Assembly (NCBI RefSeq): GCF_936931525.1
Contig: NZ_CAKZII010000081.1
Location: forward strand, 1 to 56,303
From: an uncultured Aurantimicrobium sp.
Lineage (GTDB): Bacteria; Actinomycetota; Actinomycetes; Actinomycetales; Microbacteriaceae
Direction of reading: 5' to 3'
DNA length: 56,303 nucleotides
Translations under genes and position numbers: made by a program
The notes under the pieces: generated by a model
Database searches by the model: none
What the model saw: only the letters and a program-made list of their open reading frames with translations
What the model was told of the DNA's origin: nothing
In this document: positions 16,384-25,665 of the stretch, one piece after another
Position numbering within the stretch: the first letter of the stretch is position 1
Layout: each line of letters opens with the position of its first letter

Positions 16384-17394
16384 GTGACCGCTCAGAAATC
16401 CACCAAACGCCCCACCATTTATGAAGTGGCGGCGTTAGCTGGTGTTTCTAAATCACTGGTCTCTCTCGTCCTGCGCGACTCCCCGCAAGTCAGCCCCGCC
16501 CGGCGCGAAGCAGTTCTCACCGCGATTAAGAAGCTCAACTACGAGCCCAATGCTGCAGCCTCTAACTTGGCCGGAAAAAGTTCCGGTCTGATTGGGGTGG
16601 TCATTGATGACTACAGCAACACCTGGTTTATAGAGACGCTCAAAGGACTTCGTGAAATCTTCGATGATGCGGGCTACCACCTCGCTGTGAGCGACCTGCA
16701 TGAAGTGCGCAGCAGGCACTCCGACGCCGCCTCCGCCCTGTTGGCGATGAGGGTGGACGGTCTCGTTGTTGCAGCAGAACCCTCTAACCTGAGCGATCGC
16801 TCAAAGGAAATACCCTACGTCATCATTGGGAGCCGTCAAACCCGCCCTCAACGCGCTGACGTGGTCACCGGAAGCGATGAGCTTGGCGCAGAACTTGTTG
16901 TCGATCATCTCGCAGACTTAGGCCACAAATACATTGGTCACATCACCGGACGTGATGGAGCTGCCCACAAACGTCTTGATGGTTTCCTTTCGCAAACCAA
17001 AGCACGCGGGTGTCACGGTTATTTTGCTGGTGAAGGCAGGGCAACTGATGAAGAAACCGGGTACGACTGCACACTGGAATTAATGAAAGTCCACCCCGAG
17101 ATCACCGCTATCTTTGCTGCGAACGACTTCATGGCAGCTGGGGCTATTGCTGCTCTCAAGAAGCTCAAGAAACGTGTCCCTCAGGACGTTTCTGTCGCAG
17201 GATATGACGACACGGTGATTGCAGGTCCAAAGTTCCTAGACCTGACCACCGTCAGTGACTCAGGTGCCGAGATTGGACGCCAAGCAGCAAAGCTGCTGTT
17301 GCGCCGTATCAAAGCAGCGCAAACTGCACCTCATGATCTGGATCTCGTCCCCACGCTGATTGCGCGAGGCAGCACGTCAAAAGTGAAGAAGTAG
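16384..17394 (+). CDS. LacI family transcriptional regulator
   Basis: PTIYEVAALAGVSKSLVSLVL HTH, LNYEPN hinge, AIFAANDFMA, VPQDVSVAGYDD. Confidence 0.96.
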   Translation: MTAQKSTKRPTIYEVAALAGVSKSLVSLVLRDSPQVSPARREAVLTAIKKLNYEPNAAASNLAGKSSGLIGVVIDDYSNTWFIETLKGLREIFDDAGYHLAVSDLHEVRSRHSDAASALLAMRVDGLVVAAEPSNLSDRSKEIPYVIIGSRQTRPQRADVVTGSDELGAELVVDHLADLGHKYIGHITGRDGAAHKRLDGFLSQTKARGCHGYFAGEGRATDEETGYDCTLELMKVHPEITAIFAANDFMAAGAIAALKKLKKRVPQDVSVAGYDDTVIAGPKFLDLTTVSDSGAEIGRQAAKLLLRRIKAAQTAPHDLDLVPTLIARGSTSKVKK

Positions 17395-17398
17395 CGAA

Positions 17399-18277
17399 CT
17401 ACGAGTTCTGCTTGGCGATGTAGCTCTTGATGGTCTCGAGCTGGAACTTGGCCACCTCAGCTGCGTTTTCGTTCTCTGCAAAGACACTCGAGCAGACCAC
17501 CGAGTTGGGGTTGTCGAGGAATCCAATCTCCTTGAGCCCGCCGAAGAATTCATCGAAGTTCACGTCGCCATCGCCCATCTTGAGGTGCTGGTGCACGCGC
17601 ACAGCGTTTCCGGGAGGGTTGGAGATGTAACGCAGACCGTGTGAGCGGTTGTGGTCCATGGTGTCTGAGACGTGAACGATACCTATACGGTCGCCCGCCG
17701 CACGCATAATCTCCAGAGGAGCCTCTTGCATGTGGAAGGTGTGTGAAGCCACGTAAACCATTCCAAAGTTCTTGGAGTTGATTCCGCGAATCACGCGCCA
17801 GGCAGCAAGACCGTTCTCAACGAAGTCATCTGGGTGAGGATCGATGAAGATCTTGATTCCCTCTTTCTCGACGAGAGGAACGATCTCCTCCATCGAGCGG
17901 TAAAACATACGCTCAGACTCTTCAGCCTTCTCGGGGCGACCCGAGAACTCAGTACCGATGGTGTCCACTCCCAGTTCAGCGGTGATGCGGATGACGCGCT
18001 TCCAGTAGCGAACTGCTGCTTCGCGCGCATCTTCATCGGGGCCAGACCAGCGAAGCACGGGAAGGGTGGAGGCAATTCCCACCCCTGCGTCCTTGCACGC
18101 CTTGGAAAACGCCTTGACGTAGTCGTCGTCTGCTTTGGGGTGGTTGAAGAAAGGAATCATGTCGGGGTGCGGGGTGAGCTGCAACCATTCATAACCCAAG
18201 TCCGCAGCTACCCGCGGGAACTCCATAAGCCCGTGCGAGTGGTGGAACGGGGTGGGGTCGAGGGCAATTTTCACCAT
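17399..18277 (-). CDS. iolH: IolH-family TIM barrel protein
   Basis: MVKIALDP, WSGPDEDAREAAVRYWKR, HPDDFVE, HGLRYISNPP...VHQHL, closely matching Bacillus IolH motifs. Confidence 0.85.
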   Translation of the reverse strand: MVKIALDPTPFHHSHGLMEFPRVAADLGYEWLQLTPHPDMIPFFNHPKADDDYVKAFSKACKDAGVGIASTLPVLRWSGPDEDAREAAVRYWKRVIRITAELGVDTIGTEFSGRPEKAEESERMFYRSMEEIVPLVEKEGIKIFIDPHPDDFVENGLAAWRVIRGINSKNFGMVYVASHTFHMQEAPLEIMRAAGDRIGIVHVSDTMDHNRSHGLRYISNPPGNAVRVHQHLKMGDGDVNFDEFFGGLKEIGFLDNPNSVVCSSVFAENENAAEVAKFQLETIKSYIAKQNS

Positions 18278-18303
18278 GAGATGACTCCTTTACCTAAAGA
18301 TTC

Positions 18304-19218
18304 TTACTGAAAACGTGCTGCGTGAGTGCAGCTGTGGATGTGGTCGCGCGTGCGCTTGGCAATCGGGAAGGGGAAGTCCACCGAGCAGCCATACATGTCC
18401 TGTTCAACGATGGCGAACATCTCAGGGTTGATTTCTGCTGCCTTCTCAATGATCGGAGCGAACTCAGGAACACCCTTGCCACCAGGCTCGGTCATGACGC
18501 CCTTGGCGACAGCCTCAGCGAAAGGAAGATCGTTCTTGAGGGTCTCGGCCAGGATGTCGGGCTCAACCTGCTTGAGGTGGAGGTAACCGATGCGGTCTGG
18601 GTAAGCGTTCATTAGCTTGACGTTGTCACCGAGGTAGTACGCGAAGTGGCCGGTGTCGAGGCACAGGTTTGTGTATTCCTTGTTGGTCTCCTGCAGGAAG
18701 CGTTCTACTTCCTGATAGGTACCAATGTGGCTATCTGCGTGGGAGTGGAACTGCTGCTTGATGCCGTATTCCTCAAGCAACGCCTTGCCAAGCTTGTCGT
18801 GGCCGGCAGCGAGCTTCTTCCATTGGTAATTATCGAGAACACGAGACTCAAGAACTTCTGAGGTTGCATCTGAGCGCCACAGGTCAGGGATAACAACCAA
18901 GTGCTCTGCCCCCAACTTGGATACCAAACCAGCAACATCGAGTGCTTGATCCCAGGCACGTTTCCACTGGTCATCGCCCTTGTGGAATCCGGTGAAGACG
19001 GTACCCGCAGAAAGTTTCAGGTCACGCTTTCCAAGTTCATCTTCTAGCTGGTGAGGGTCAGTGGGAAGGTAACCGAACGGACCAAGCTCAATCCAGTGAT
19101 ATCCAGCGGTCTGAACTTCATCCAGGAAACGCTCCCAAGGAACCTGCTTGGGGTCGTCTGCAAACCACACACCCCAGGAATCAGGCGCTGAACCGATACG
19201 AATCTGAGCGTTGGACAT
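18304..19218 (-). CDS. iolE: 2-keto-myo-inositol (inosose) dehydratase
   Basis: APDSWGVWF, IELGPFGYLP, FHSHADSH, LCLDTGH, YLHLKQV, IVEQDM. Start overlaps the iolD stop (TAATG). Confidence 0.88.
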   Translation of the reverse strand: MSNAQIRIGSAPDSWGVWFADDPKQVPWERFLDEVQTAGYHWIELGPFGYLPTDPHQLEDELGKRDLKLSAGTVFTGFHKGDDQWKRAWDQALDVAGLVSKLGAEHLVVIPDLWRSDATSEVLESRVLDNYQWKKLAAGHDKLGKALLEEYGIKQQFHSHADSHIGTYQEVERFLQETNKEYTNLCLDTGHFAYYLGDNVKLMNAYPDRIGYLHLKQVEPDILAETLKNDLPFAEAVAKGVMTEPGGKGVPEFAPIIEKAAEINPEMFAIVEQDMYGCSVDFPFPIAKRTRDHIHSCTHAARFQ

Positions 19219-21140
19219 TAGTTGTTCCTTTCGGATGCGCCACGACCAAGAAGAGCCTTCTGGGTCTTCTGGATTTCTTCGTACTCTGCACGTGCCTTCT
19301 TGGTTGAAGCCAAGGTGGAGGTAGCTGCAACAGGAACATCCCACCAACCTTCACCGTCGGGTGCGTACAAAAGTGGGTCGCTGTTGATGTGAATCAAGGT
19401 GGCGACATTGCTGGCCTTAGCTGCCTTCACGGCAGCCGAGAGGTCAGCAATGGCGTTGGTCGTGGGCTCAACGCGAATCACGTTCATGCCGTAGGACTCC
19501 GCGTTGGTTGCGAGGTCGATGGGGAGAATTTCGCCCTGCTCGAAGTTGTTACCATCCTTGTCGTGGGTGCGATACAGCGTTCCATAACGCTGCGAGCCCA
19601 CGTCTTCAGAAAGGTGACCGATAGAGGCGTAACCGTGGTTCTGAATCAGCACAATGATGAACTTGATACCTTCGGCAACAGCAGAGACGATCTCAGAGTT
19701 CATCATGAGATAAGAACCGTCACCGACCATGACGATGGAGTCACGGGTCTTGTCTGCACGGGCAACACCGATGCCTCCGGCAATTTCATACCCCATGCAG
19801 GAGAAGGCATACTCGACGTGGTAACCCAGGTCGTCTCGCACGCGCCATAGTTTGTGCAGGTCGCCCGGAAGCGAACCAGCTGCACAAACCACGACGTCGC
19901 GTGGATCAGAGGCTTCTTGAACGGCGCCAATGATCTCGGTCTGACTTGGAAGCACCAAACCGCGGTCTACGAAGGCCTTGTCGACCTCAAAGTCCCATGT
20001 TTCCTTCTGACGTGCAGCTTCAGCTGCGTAGTCAGCGGAAATGTGGAAGCCAGAAATAACAGAAGAGAGCTCAACTAGAGATTCACGAGCATCTGCCACA
20101 ACAGGAAGCGCACTTCCGTGCTTAAAGGCATCGAAGGAAGCCACGTTGATGTTGATGAAGCGAACATCAGGGTTTTGGAATGCGGTGCGGCTGGCAGCAG
20201 TGAAGTCGCTGTAGCGAGTACCAATACCGATGATGAGGTCTGCCTCTGCGGCAAGACGGTTCGCAGCAGTGGTGCCTGTTGCCCCCACAGCACCCATGTT
20301 CTGGGGGTGATCCCAGTTCAGTGAACCCACACCTGCCTGGCTCATGCCCACAGGGATTCCGGTTGCTTCGACAAATTCACGCAGTGCATCTGCAGCGCTG
20401 GAGTAAATCACACCACCACCGGCAACGATGAAGGGTCGCTTGGCGGACGCAATCTGACGGGCAACTTCTGCCATCAGACCTGCATCTGGACGTGGACGGC
20501 GAATGTGCCATTCGCGGTCCGCCAAGAATTCAGCTGGAACGTCAATCACTTCGGCCTGTACGTCTTCAGGAAGAGCAATGGTGACTGCACCAGTCTCCAC
20601 GGGATCCGTCAAAACACGCATAGCTCCGAGCGCAGCAGAGAACAGCTGCTCGGGACGGTGAACACGGTCAAAGAAACGAGAAAGCGGCTTGAATGCATCG
20701 TTTACACTCATGCTGGCGTCGTGGGGAAGCTCAAGCTGCTGCAGTACAGGGTCAGAGACGCGTGTGGCGAAGGTGTCCGAAGGAAGCAGCAGAACTGGAA
20801 GACGGTTGGTCGTTGCCACAGCTGCACCAGTGAGCATGTTGGTGGCACCAGGGCCCACGGATGCAGCACACGCGAAGGTTGAACGACGACGAGTCATACG
20901 CGAGTAGGCAATAGATTCGTGCACCATGCCCTGCTCGTTACGAGCCTGATAGTAGGGCATGAGTTCTGGTTCGTCGACGGAGAACTGCTTGAGTGCCTGG
21001 CCAATACCTGCCACGTTGCCGTGACCAAAGATGCCAAAGGTGCCCGCAATGGTGCGCTCACGGTAGTCACCATCAACGGTGAACTGGTGACCTAAGAATT
21101 CAACCAGTGCCTGGCTGACGGTCATGCGACGGGTAGTCAT
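19218..21140 (-). CDS. iolD: 3D-(3,5/4)-trihydroxycyclohexane-1,2-dione acylhydrolase
   Basis: GIFGHGNVAGIG, RNEQGM, GSLPGDLHKLW, EYAFSCMGYEI, TPP motif GDGSYLM. ATG 21140 with AAAGGA SD. Confidence 0.96.
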   Translation of the reverse strand: MTTRRMTVSQALVEFLGHQFTVDGDYRERTIAGTFGIFGHGNVAGIGQALKQFSVDEPELMPYYQARNEQGMVHESIAYSRMTRRRSTFACAASVGPGATNMLTGAAVATTNRLPVLLLPSDTFATRVSDPVLQQLELPHDASMSVNDAFKPLSRFFDRVHRPEQLFSAALGAMRVLTDPVETGAVTIALPEDVQAEVIDVPAEFLADREWHIRRPRPDAGLMAEVARQIASAKRPFIVAGGGVIYSSAADALREFVEATGIPVGMSQAGVGSLNWDHPQNMGAVGATGTTAANRLAAEADLIIGIGTRYSDFTAASRTAFQNPDVRFININVASFDAFKHGSALPVVADARESLVELSSVISGFHISADYAAEAARQKETWDFEVDKAFVDRGLVLPSQTEIIGAVQEASDPRDVVVCAAGSLPGDLHKLWRVRDDLGYHVEYAFSCMGYEIAGGIGVARADKTRDSIVMVGDGSYLMMNSEIVSAVAEGIKFIIVLIQNHGYASIGHLSEDVGSQRYGTLYRTHDKDGNNFEQGEILPIDLATNAESYGMNVIRVEPTTNAIADLSAAVKAAKASNVATLIHINSDPLLYAPDGEGWWDVPVAATSTLASTKKARAEYEEIQKTQKALLGRGASERNN

Positions 21141-21162
21141 TGCGGTTCCTTTCGGGTGGTGC

Positions 21163-22068
21163 TTAAGCCGTGTAGGGAAGTCGGGGGTCGATCTCTTGAC
21201 CGTTCCAGGTCTCGCGGATCCACGCGTGGGCGGGGTCATCGCTGATCTGCCAGACCCGATCAGGGTCTGGGCCAGCCATCACGTTGAGGTAATAGAGGTC
21301 GTAGCCCGGTGCTGCAACACAGGGGCCGTGCCAACCGTGAGGAACGAGTGCGATGTCGCCGGAGTGGACCTCTTCAAGAGTGTCGATGGGGCCCGCTGCC
21401 GAAGCATAGGTACGCATGTAGCCAAAAGGTTCTGCTTCGACAGGAGCATCTAGGCCTTTGGCAGTCGCGGTTTCGAAATAGTAGATCTCTTCGAGGTGGG
21501 ACTCGTGACCAGGGATGTGCTCGTCGTGCTTGTGTGGCGGGTAACTGGACCAGTTTTCTGCGGGAGTAATAACTTCGCAGACAATCAGGCGATCAGCAGC
21601 TAATGCCTGGGGAGTGCCAAAGTTGTGCACCTGGCGGCTCGACCGTCCGGCCCCACGGAGCTCAACTGGCACCCCCTCAGCAGATATGTAGGCCACAGGA
21701 AAATGCTTCTCTGTGGGCGCTTCAGCAACGGTGACGCGGCCGGTGCCGGTGATTTCAGCATCAGTGCCCGTGGGCAGATACAACACGTCAGTTGGGCCGT
21801 GGAATACGGACTTTCGTCCGGCCAGGACCTGAGTGTGAGAACCAGGGTCATCAGAGAGCTGGTAAGTCACGGTGTAGGAACCAGACAGCGGAACGATGAT
21901 GCGTTCCACTGCAGCCGCTTCCAACGGAACAGAGGTTCCTGAAAGTTCTGCCACGCGAATGCCGGTGTACTTCCAACCGTCAATAGTCTTATCGACGACT
22001 GATTCCCAGCCGTCGCGGGCCAGCGAGGTGCGCTTGAAGAACCAGTCACCACTGTTTGTGTGTGTCAT
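21163..22068 (-). CDS. iolB: 5-deoxy-glucuronate isomerase
   Basis: EVITPAENWSSYPPHKHD, LEEIYYF, GWHGPC, YYLNVMAGP. Alternative start GTG 22077. Confidence 0.95.
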   Translation of the reverse strand: MTHTNSGDWFFKRTSLARDGWESVVDKTIDGWKYTGIRVAELSGTSVPLEAAAVERIIVPLSGSYTVTYQLSDDPGSHTQVLAGRKSVFHGPTDVLYLPTGTDAEITGTGRVTVAEAPTEKHFPVAYISAEGVPVELRGAGRSSRQVHNFGTPQALAADRLIVCEVITPAENWSSYPPHKHDEHIPGHESHLEEIYYFETATAKGLDAPVEAEPFGYMRTYASAAGPIDTLEEVHSGDIALVPHGWHGPCVAAPGYDLYYLNVMAGPDPDRVWQISDDPAHAWIRETWNGQEIDPRLPYTA

Positions 22069-22103
22069 GTTCTTCACAGCTCCTTTGCGATGGGGGGAAA
22101 GTT

Positions 22104-22133
22104 CCTGGCCGGGCGATAAGACGCCCGGCCAGG
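22104..22133 (-). other. Perfect 12-bp intercistronic stem-loop between iolA and iolB
   Basis: CCTGGCCGGGCG-ataaga-CGCCCGGCCAGG. Confidence 0.65.
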
Positions 22134-22142
22134 GCTGTCTAA

Positions 22143-23639
22143 CTAGTTCTGGGGGAAGCCCAGGTTGATTCCACCGTGGCTGGGGTCAAGCCAGCGGCTG
22201 GTGATGGCCTTGCCACGAGTGAAGAAGTGAACGCCTTCAGCACCGTGAGCCTTAGTGTCACCGAACAGTGAGTTCTTCCACCCACCGAAGGAGAAGTACG
22301 CCACAGGAACGGGGATGGGCACGTTGATACCGATCATGCCGACCTCGATCTCGTTCTGGAAGCGACGAGCAGCACCACCATCGTTGGTGAAGATCGCTGT
22401 TCCATTACCGAAAGCACCGTTGTTGATCAGTTCAACACCTTCGTCATAGCTCTTGACGCGAACGACAGAGAGGACGGGTCCGAAGATTTCCTCGGTGTAG
22501 ACCTTGGAGGTGGTGGGAACGTTGTCGATCAGGGTGGGGCCAAGCCAGAAACCGTTGTCAGCACCATCGAAGGTGTCGTTGCGGCCGTCGTGAACAACGG
22601 TTGCACCATCTTCGATGGCTATATCGATGTAAGAAGCGACCTTGTCGCGGTGAACCTTGGTAACCAAGGGGCCCATGTCGCAGTTACGACGGCCATCACC
22701 GGTGGTGAGCTTGCCCATACGAGCCATGATCTTCTCAATCAGTGCATCTGCCACAGGTTCCACAGCGACAATGACGGAGATGGCCATGCAACGTTCACCA
22801 GCAGAACCGAAACCTGCGTTGATAGCGGAGTCAGCAACCAGCTCGAGGTCAGCATCGGGCAGAACCAGCATGTGGTTCTTCGCGCCACCAAGAGCCTGAA
22901 CGCGCTTGCCGTTCTTGGCTGCGGTTTCGTAAATGTACTGAGCAATAGGTGTCGAACCCACGAAGGAGATCGCCTGAACTGCAGGGTGCTCCAGCAGGCC
23001 ATCTACAGATTCCTTGTCACCGTTCAACACAGTGAAGACACCATCAGGAAGACCAGCTTCCTTGAACAGCTTTGCCATCCAGATAGCAGCGGTGGGGTCT
23101 TTCTCGGAAGGCTTCAGCACAACAGTGTTACCTGCAGCAATCGCAACGGGGAAGAACCACATAGGAACCATGGCTGGGAAGTTGAAGGGCGAGATAACGC
23201 CCACAACGCCAAGAGGCTGACGGGTTGAGTAGACATCCACACCAGTGGAAGCGTTCTCGGAATATTCACCCTTGAGCATCTGGTTCAGACCACACGCAAA
23301 CTCCACAACTTCCTGACCACGAGTGATCTCACCGAGAGCATCGGAGAGAACCTTGCCGTGCTCGGAAGTGATGATCTCGGCCAGTTCGCCCTTGCGCTCG
23401 TTGAGCAGCTCACGGAACTTGAAGATGATCTGCTGTCGCTTTGCCAGTGACTGGTCACGCCATGCGGGGAAAGCCGCAGCAGCAGATTCAATTGCTGCCT
23501 TGATTTCTGCTTGGTTAGCGAGGGCTACCTCCTTGGTGATTTCACCAAGAGCGGGGTCATAAACAGGTGCAGTGCGACCAGAGGTGCTGACAACTTCAGC
23601 ACCATCAATCCAGTGGCCAACTACGGGAAGAGTAGACAT
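22143..23639 (-). CDS. iolA: CoA-acylating (methyl)malonate-semialdehyde dehydrogenase
   Basis: PFNFPAMVP, LKPSEKDP, FVGSTP, GGAKNH, AGERCMAIS, EEIFGP. Confidence 0.96.
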   Translation of the reverse strand: MSTLPVVGHWIDGAEVVSTSGRTAPVYDPALGEITKEVALANQAEIKAAIESAAAAFPAWRDQSLAKRQQIIFKFRELLNERKGELAEIITSEHGKVLSDALGEITRGQEVVEFACGLNQMLKGEYSENASTGVDVYSTRQPLGVVGVISPFNFPAMVPMWFFPVAIAAGNTVVLKPSEKDPTAAIWMAKLFKEAGLPDGVFTVLNGDKESVDGLLEHPAVQAISFVGSTPIAQYIYETAAKNGKRVQALGGAKNHMLVLPDADLELVADSAINAGFGSAGERCMAISVIVAVEPVADALIEKIMARMGKLTTGDGRRNCDMGPLVTKVHRDKVASYIDIAIEDGATVVHDGRNDTFDGADNGFWLGPTLIDNVPTTSKVYTEEIFGPVLSVVRVKSYDEGVELINNGAFGNGTAIFTNDGGAARRFQNEIEVGMIGINVPIPVPVAYFSFGGWKNSLFGDTKAHGAEGVHFFTRGKAITSRWLDPSHGGINLGFPQN

Positions 23640-23673
23640 TGATCTTCTTTCGTGAGGGGTTTTCTAAAAGAAC

Positions 23674-24555
23674 TTAAGAACCGTGAACCAGTGCGGCAGC
23701 GGTGTCGATGGCGGAGGCTACGTCTCCGTCGGCGGGGTAGAGCAGGCTACGACCAACAACCAGTCCGCGCACTCCGGGGAGTGCAAGGGCTGCCGCCCAT
23801 GCGGCGAAGGTTTCTTCTGCATCGCCGTTGGGGTCTCCTCCGAGAAGGAGTGTTGGAAGTGTTGTCGAAGCCATAACGCGTTCCATTTCTGGAACAACGG
23901 GAAGCTTGAGCCATGAGTAGGCACTGGAGTTACCCAGACCTGACGCAATAGCAATCGACAGGATGACCGCATCGGGTGAGAGGTCATTCACAATCTTGCC
24001 ATCTACCCACTCGCTCATAAAGGGTTCGAGCATGATGGGAAGCTCTGCGTCTGCAGCATCAGACACTACTAATGCAGTGGCTTCGAGGGTGTCGACAGAA
24101 CCCGCGTCCTTGAGGTTGATACGAACCAGGTTTTTACCGAAGTCCAGACCTGATTCGACAATGCCATCAACGTCATACGCGGTGTAACGGTCGTCCATCT
24201 CGAACGAAGCGCCCTTGAGGCCGCCACGGTTCATAGAACCAACCACGATCTTGTCATCCAGAAGTCCGAGCAGAGCGAGGTCTTCAATGATGTCAGGGGT
24301 GCCGAGGACACCGTCAACGCCGGGGCGAGAGAGTGCAAGTGCCAGACGCTCGAGCAAAACGTTGCGGTCCGCCATGGCAGTTTCGTTCTTGCCTACGCCG
24401 AGAGCACCACGCGCGGGGTGGTCAGCAGCAACAATAAAGAGCTTGCCGTCGCCACGGAGGAGTTCACGGCGCTTGCGGTTGGCGAGAACTTCGGCAATTT
24501 TGCCGGGGTTCTCTGCACGCGTCTTGCGCAGGGCGTCTAAATCGATGGTGCTCAT
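23674..24555 (-). CDS. Cgl0159-like class I aldolase-fold protein (candidate IolJ substitute)
   Basis: AADHPARG, GSMNRGGL, MLEPF, WLKLP, LLLGG, GLVVGRSLLYP. ATGA-coupled to iolC. Confidence 0.85.
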   Translation of the reverse strand: MSTIDLDALRKTRAENPGKIAEVLANRKRRELLRGDGKLFIVAADHPARGALGVGKNETAMADRNVLLERLALALSRPGVDGVLGTPDIIEDLALLGLLDDKIVVGSMNRGGLKGASFEMDDRYTAYDVDGIVESGLDFGKNLVRINLKDAGSVDTLEATALVVSDAADAELPIMLEPFMSEWVDGKIVNDLSPDAVILSIAIASGLGNSSAYSWLKLPVVPEMERVMASTTLPTLLLGGDPNGDAEETFAAWAAALALPGVRGLVVGRSLLYPADGDVASAIDTAAALVHGS

Positions 24556-25514
24556 GCGCCAATCTCCTTCAGAATTGCTTCCACCTCTGCCGTCGTTGGC
24601 ATGGCGGTTGAACATTCGCGGCGGCTTGCCACCACAGCGCCTGCCACGTTGGCAAAGCGCAAAATCTTCTCAAGACCCCAACCCTGGAGCAGGCCGTAGC
24701 AGAGAGCGCCACCGAAGCTGTCGCCAGCTCCGAGGCCGTTGATGACATCAACGAAGTAAGGGGGAACCTCAACGGTCTCGTCCTTGGTCTTCGCCAGAAC
24801 GCCCTTGGGTCCCTGCTTCACAATCGCGAGTTCAATACCGCGCTCTAGCAAAGCATCTGCGGCGCGGTGTGGCTCGGTCTCGCCGACAGCTACTTCGCAC
24901 TCTTCCTTGTTGCCGACAGCAACCGTGACGTTCTCGAGTGCCTTGGCAACCTGAACAGAAGCGTTCTCGGGGTTCTTCCAGAACATGGGACGGTAGTCCA
25001 AGTCGAGGATGGTCAGTGGCTTGCGGCCACGTGCTTCCCACGCAGCGAAGTGTGCGGTGCGGCTGGGCTCCTCTGAGAGACCGGTCACGGTGGACCAGTA
25101 AATCTTGGCGTTCGCAATAGCGTCCAGGTCCAGCTCGTTGGCCTTGATGACAAGGTCAGGAGCGATGGGGTCGCGGTAGAAGTAGAGGGGGAAGTCATCT
25201 GGTGGGAAGATTTCGCAGAACACAACAGGAGTGTTCAGACCTTCAACGCCGGAAACGAATTCATCGCTCACACCGAGACGACGCAGCTCTTCGTGGACGT
25301 ACTTACCGAAGGGGTCGTTACCGGTACGGGTAATCACAGCAGACTTGAGGCCGTGGCGTGCTGCAGCAACTGCAACGTTGGTGGCGGAGCCACCAAGGTA
25401 CTTACCGAAGGTTTCTACCTTCTCGAGGCCCACACCGTCCTGCAAAGGGTAGATGTCAATGCCAACGCGACCGATGGTAATGACATCGAATGGGGTTGTG
25501 GATGCGGCGGTCAT
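24552..25514 (-). CDS. iolC: 5-dehydro-2-deoxygluconokinase (PfkB family)
   Basis: GRVGIDIYP, YLGGSATNVAVAAARHG, DLDYRP, GLGAGDSFGG. Confidence 0.96.
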   Translation of the reverse strand: MTAASTTPFDVITIGRVGIDIYPLQDGVGLEKVETFGKYLGGSATNVAVAAARHGLKSAVITRTGNDPFGKYVHEELRRLGVSDEFVSGVEGLNTPVVFCEIFPPDDFPLYFYRDPIAPDLVIKANELDLDAIANAKIYWSTVTGLSEEPSRTAHFAAWEARGRKPLTILDLDYRPMFWKNPENASVQVAKALENVTVAVGNKEECEVAVGETEPHRAADALLERGIELAIVKQGPKGVLAKTKDETVEVPPYFVDVINGLGAGDSFGGALCYGLLQGWGLEKILRFANVAGAVVASRRECSTAMPTTAEVEAILKEIGA

Positions 25515-25566
25515 ACTGCGATGTACAACTTTCTCAAGAGGGTTGGATAACAAATCTAATAGCTCT

Positions 25567-25595
25567 AACGTACATATGTTAGGACATATTGACAA
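25567..25595 (-). promoter_or_regulatory. iolC operon promoter with IolR box
   Basis: Minus strand TTGTCA-N17-TACGTT, with TGTCCTAACA (25577-25586, exact KGWCHTRACA) inside the dyad ATATGTCCTAACATAT. Confidence 0.75.
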
Positions 25596-25637
25596 GTCTG
25601 ACATTACGCGGGCTTAAACGCGAGCGCAACACCGAAA

Positions 25638-25659
25638 TGTCCCCCGGTACTGAGACACT
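25638..25659 (+). promoter_or_regulatory. Degenerate PafBC/RecA-NDp-type promoter of rmuC
   Basis: TGTCCC-N10-GACACT, 6 nt before ATG 25666. Confidence 0.45.
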
Positions 25660-25665
25660 GTGAAG

